DNA of 64,000 nt from the human T2T-CHM13v2.0 reference genome, Homo sapiens: NCBI RefSeq assembly GCF_009914755.1, contig NC_060925.1; one strand, written 5' to 3'. A model generated the notes under the pieces. That model was not told the origin of the DNA. It did not search any database and was given only the letters and a program-made list of their open reading frames with translations. Both the position numbers and the translations under genes were made by a program. Shown here piece by piece: positions 63,340 through 64,000 of the stretch. The stretch's first letter is position 1. Each line of letters begins with the position of its first letter.

Positions 63340-63656
63340 TTTATTTTTTATTTTATTTTGTATGTATGTGTGTGTGAGATGGAGTCTCACTCTGTGGCCC
63401 AGGCTGGAGTACAGTGGCGTGATCTTGGCTCACTGCAACCCTGCTTCCCAGGTTCAAGTGATTCTTGTGCTTCAGCCTCCCGAGTAGCTAAGATTACAGG
63501 CACAGGCCACCACCTGTGGTAATTTTTGTGTTTTTAGTAGAGATGGGGCTTCGCTATTTTGGCCAGGCTGGTCTCGAACTCCTGACCTCAGGTGATCCGC
63601 CCACCTCGGCCTTCCAAAGTGCTGGGATTACAGGTGTGAGCCACAGCTCTCGGCCC
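63340..63656 (-). mobile_element. AluS element, followed by an old L1 fragment running to the window end
   Basis: Reverse Alu; L1M motif AAAGATATTTGTACAAGAATG downstream. Confidence 0.88.
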
Positions 63657-64000
63657 CTCTATTTATCAGACAGATGTATAGAAAGTTTATTGTGCTAGCA
63701 AGAGTATGAAGAAAAGGATTCTCTGAGTTGAAAAAACAAATTGGAATATAAATTGGTACCACTTCTATGGAAGGCAAATTTACAGGGCTTATTAATTAAA
63801 ATAAAAAATGTGTACTGTAACCACTATGATACAGCAGTTGCGCTTCCAGAACTCTACCCTATAGAAATCCGTGTACAAATAGCAAAAGATATTTGTACAA
63901 GAATGATGACTGCAGCATTATTTGTAATCGTAAAATCATGGAACAAACTTAATTTAAAAAACAACATGTAAAGGGTTAGATGATGGAATAAACAAAAGAA

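Overview
Primate, almost certainly human, genomic DNA. From recall, the content matches the chromosome 1 segmental-duplication family at 1q21, with paralogous copies at 1p11/1p36; the exact copy cannot be fixed without alignment. From left to right: (1) the 3' part of a processed FAM91A1 retrocopy (1-4625) inserted into the integrase region of a decayed minus-strand class I ERV (4626-11283); (2) a ~24 kb tRNA/U1 cluster (13074-37000) built from old direct and inverted duplications, holding one perfect tRNA-Val(CAC), variant Glu and Asn tRNAs, several His/Val relics, a U1 variant with PSE and 3' box, an SNU13 retrocopy, a CpG island and a FAM231-family ORF; (3) a long L1 (~37800-43668); (4) a seven-exon minus-strand gene relic (58460-44179) related to PDE4DIP/myomegalin and NBPF, with one Olduvai-type exon pair. 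The most notable signals are that relic, which seems broken only by a single 1-nt frameshift plus a GC donor, and two anticodon-switched tRNA genes: a Glu body whose anticodon loop is inverted to GAA, and a Gly body with CAC. All homology calls come from remembered sequences, no search was run, and repeat boundaries are approximate.
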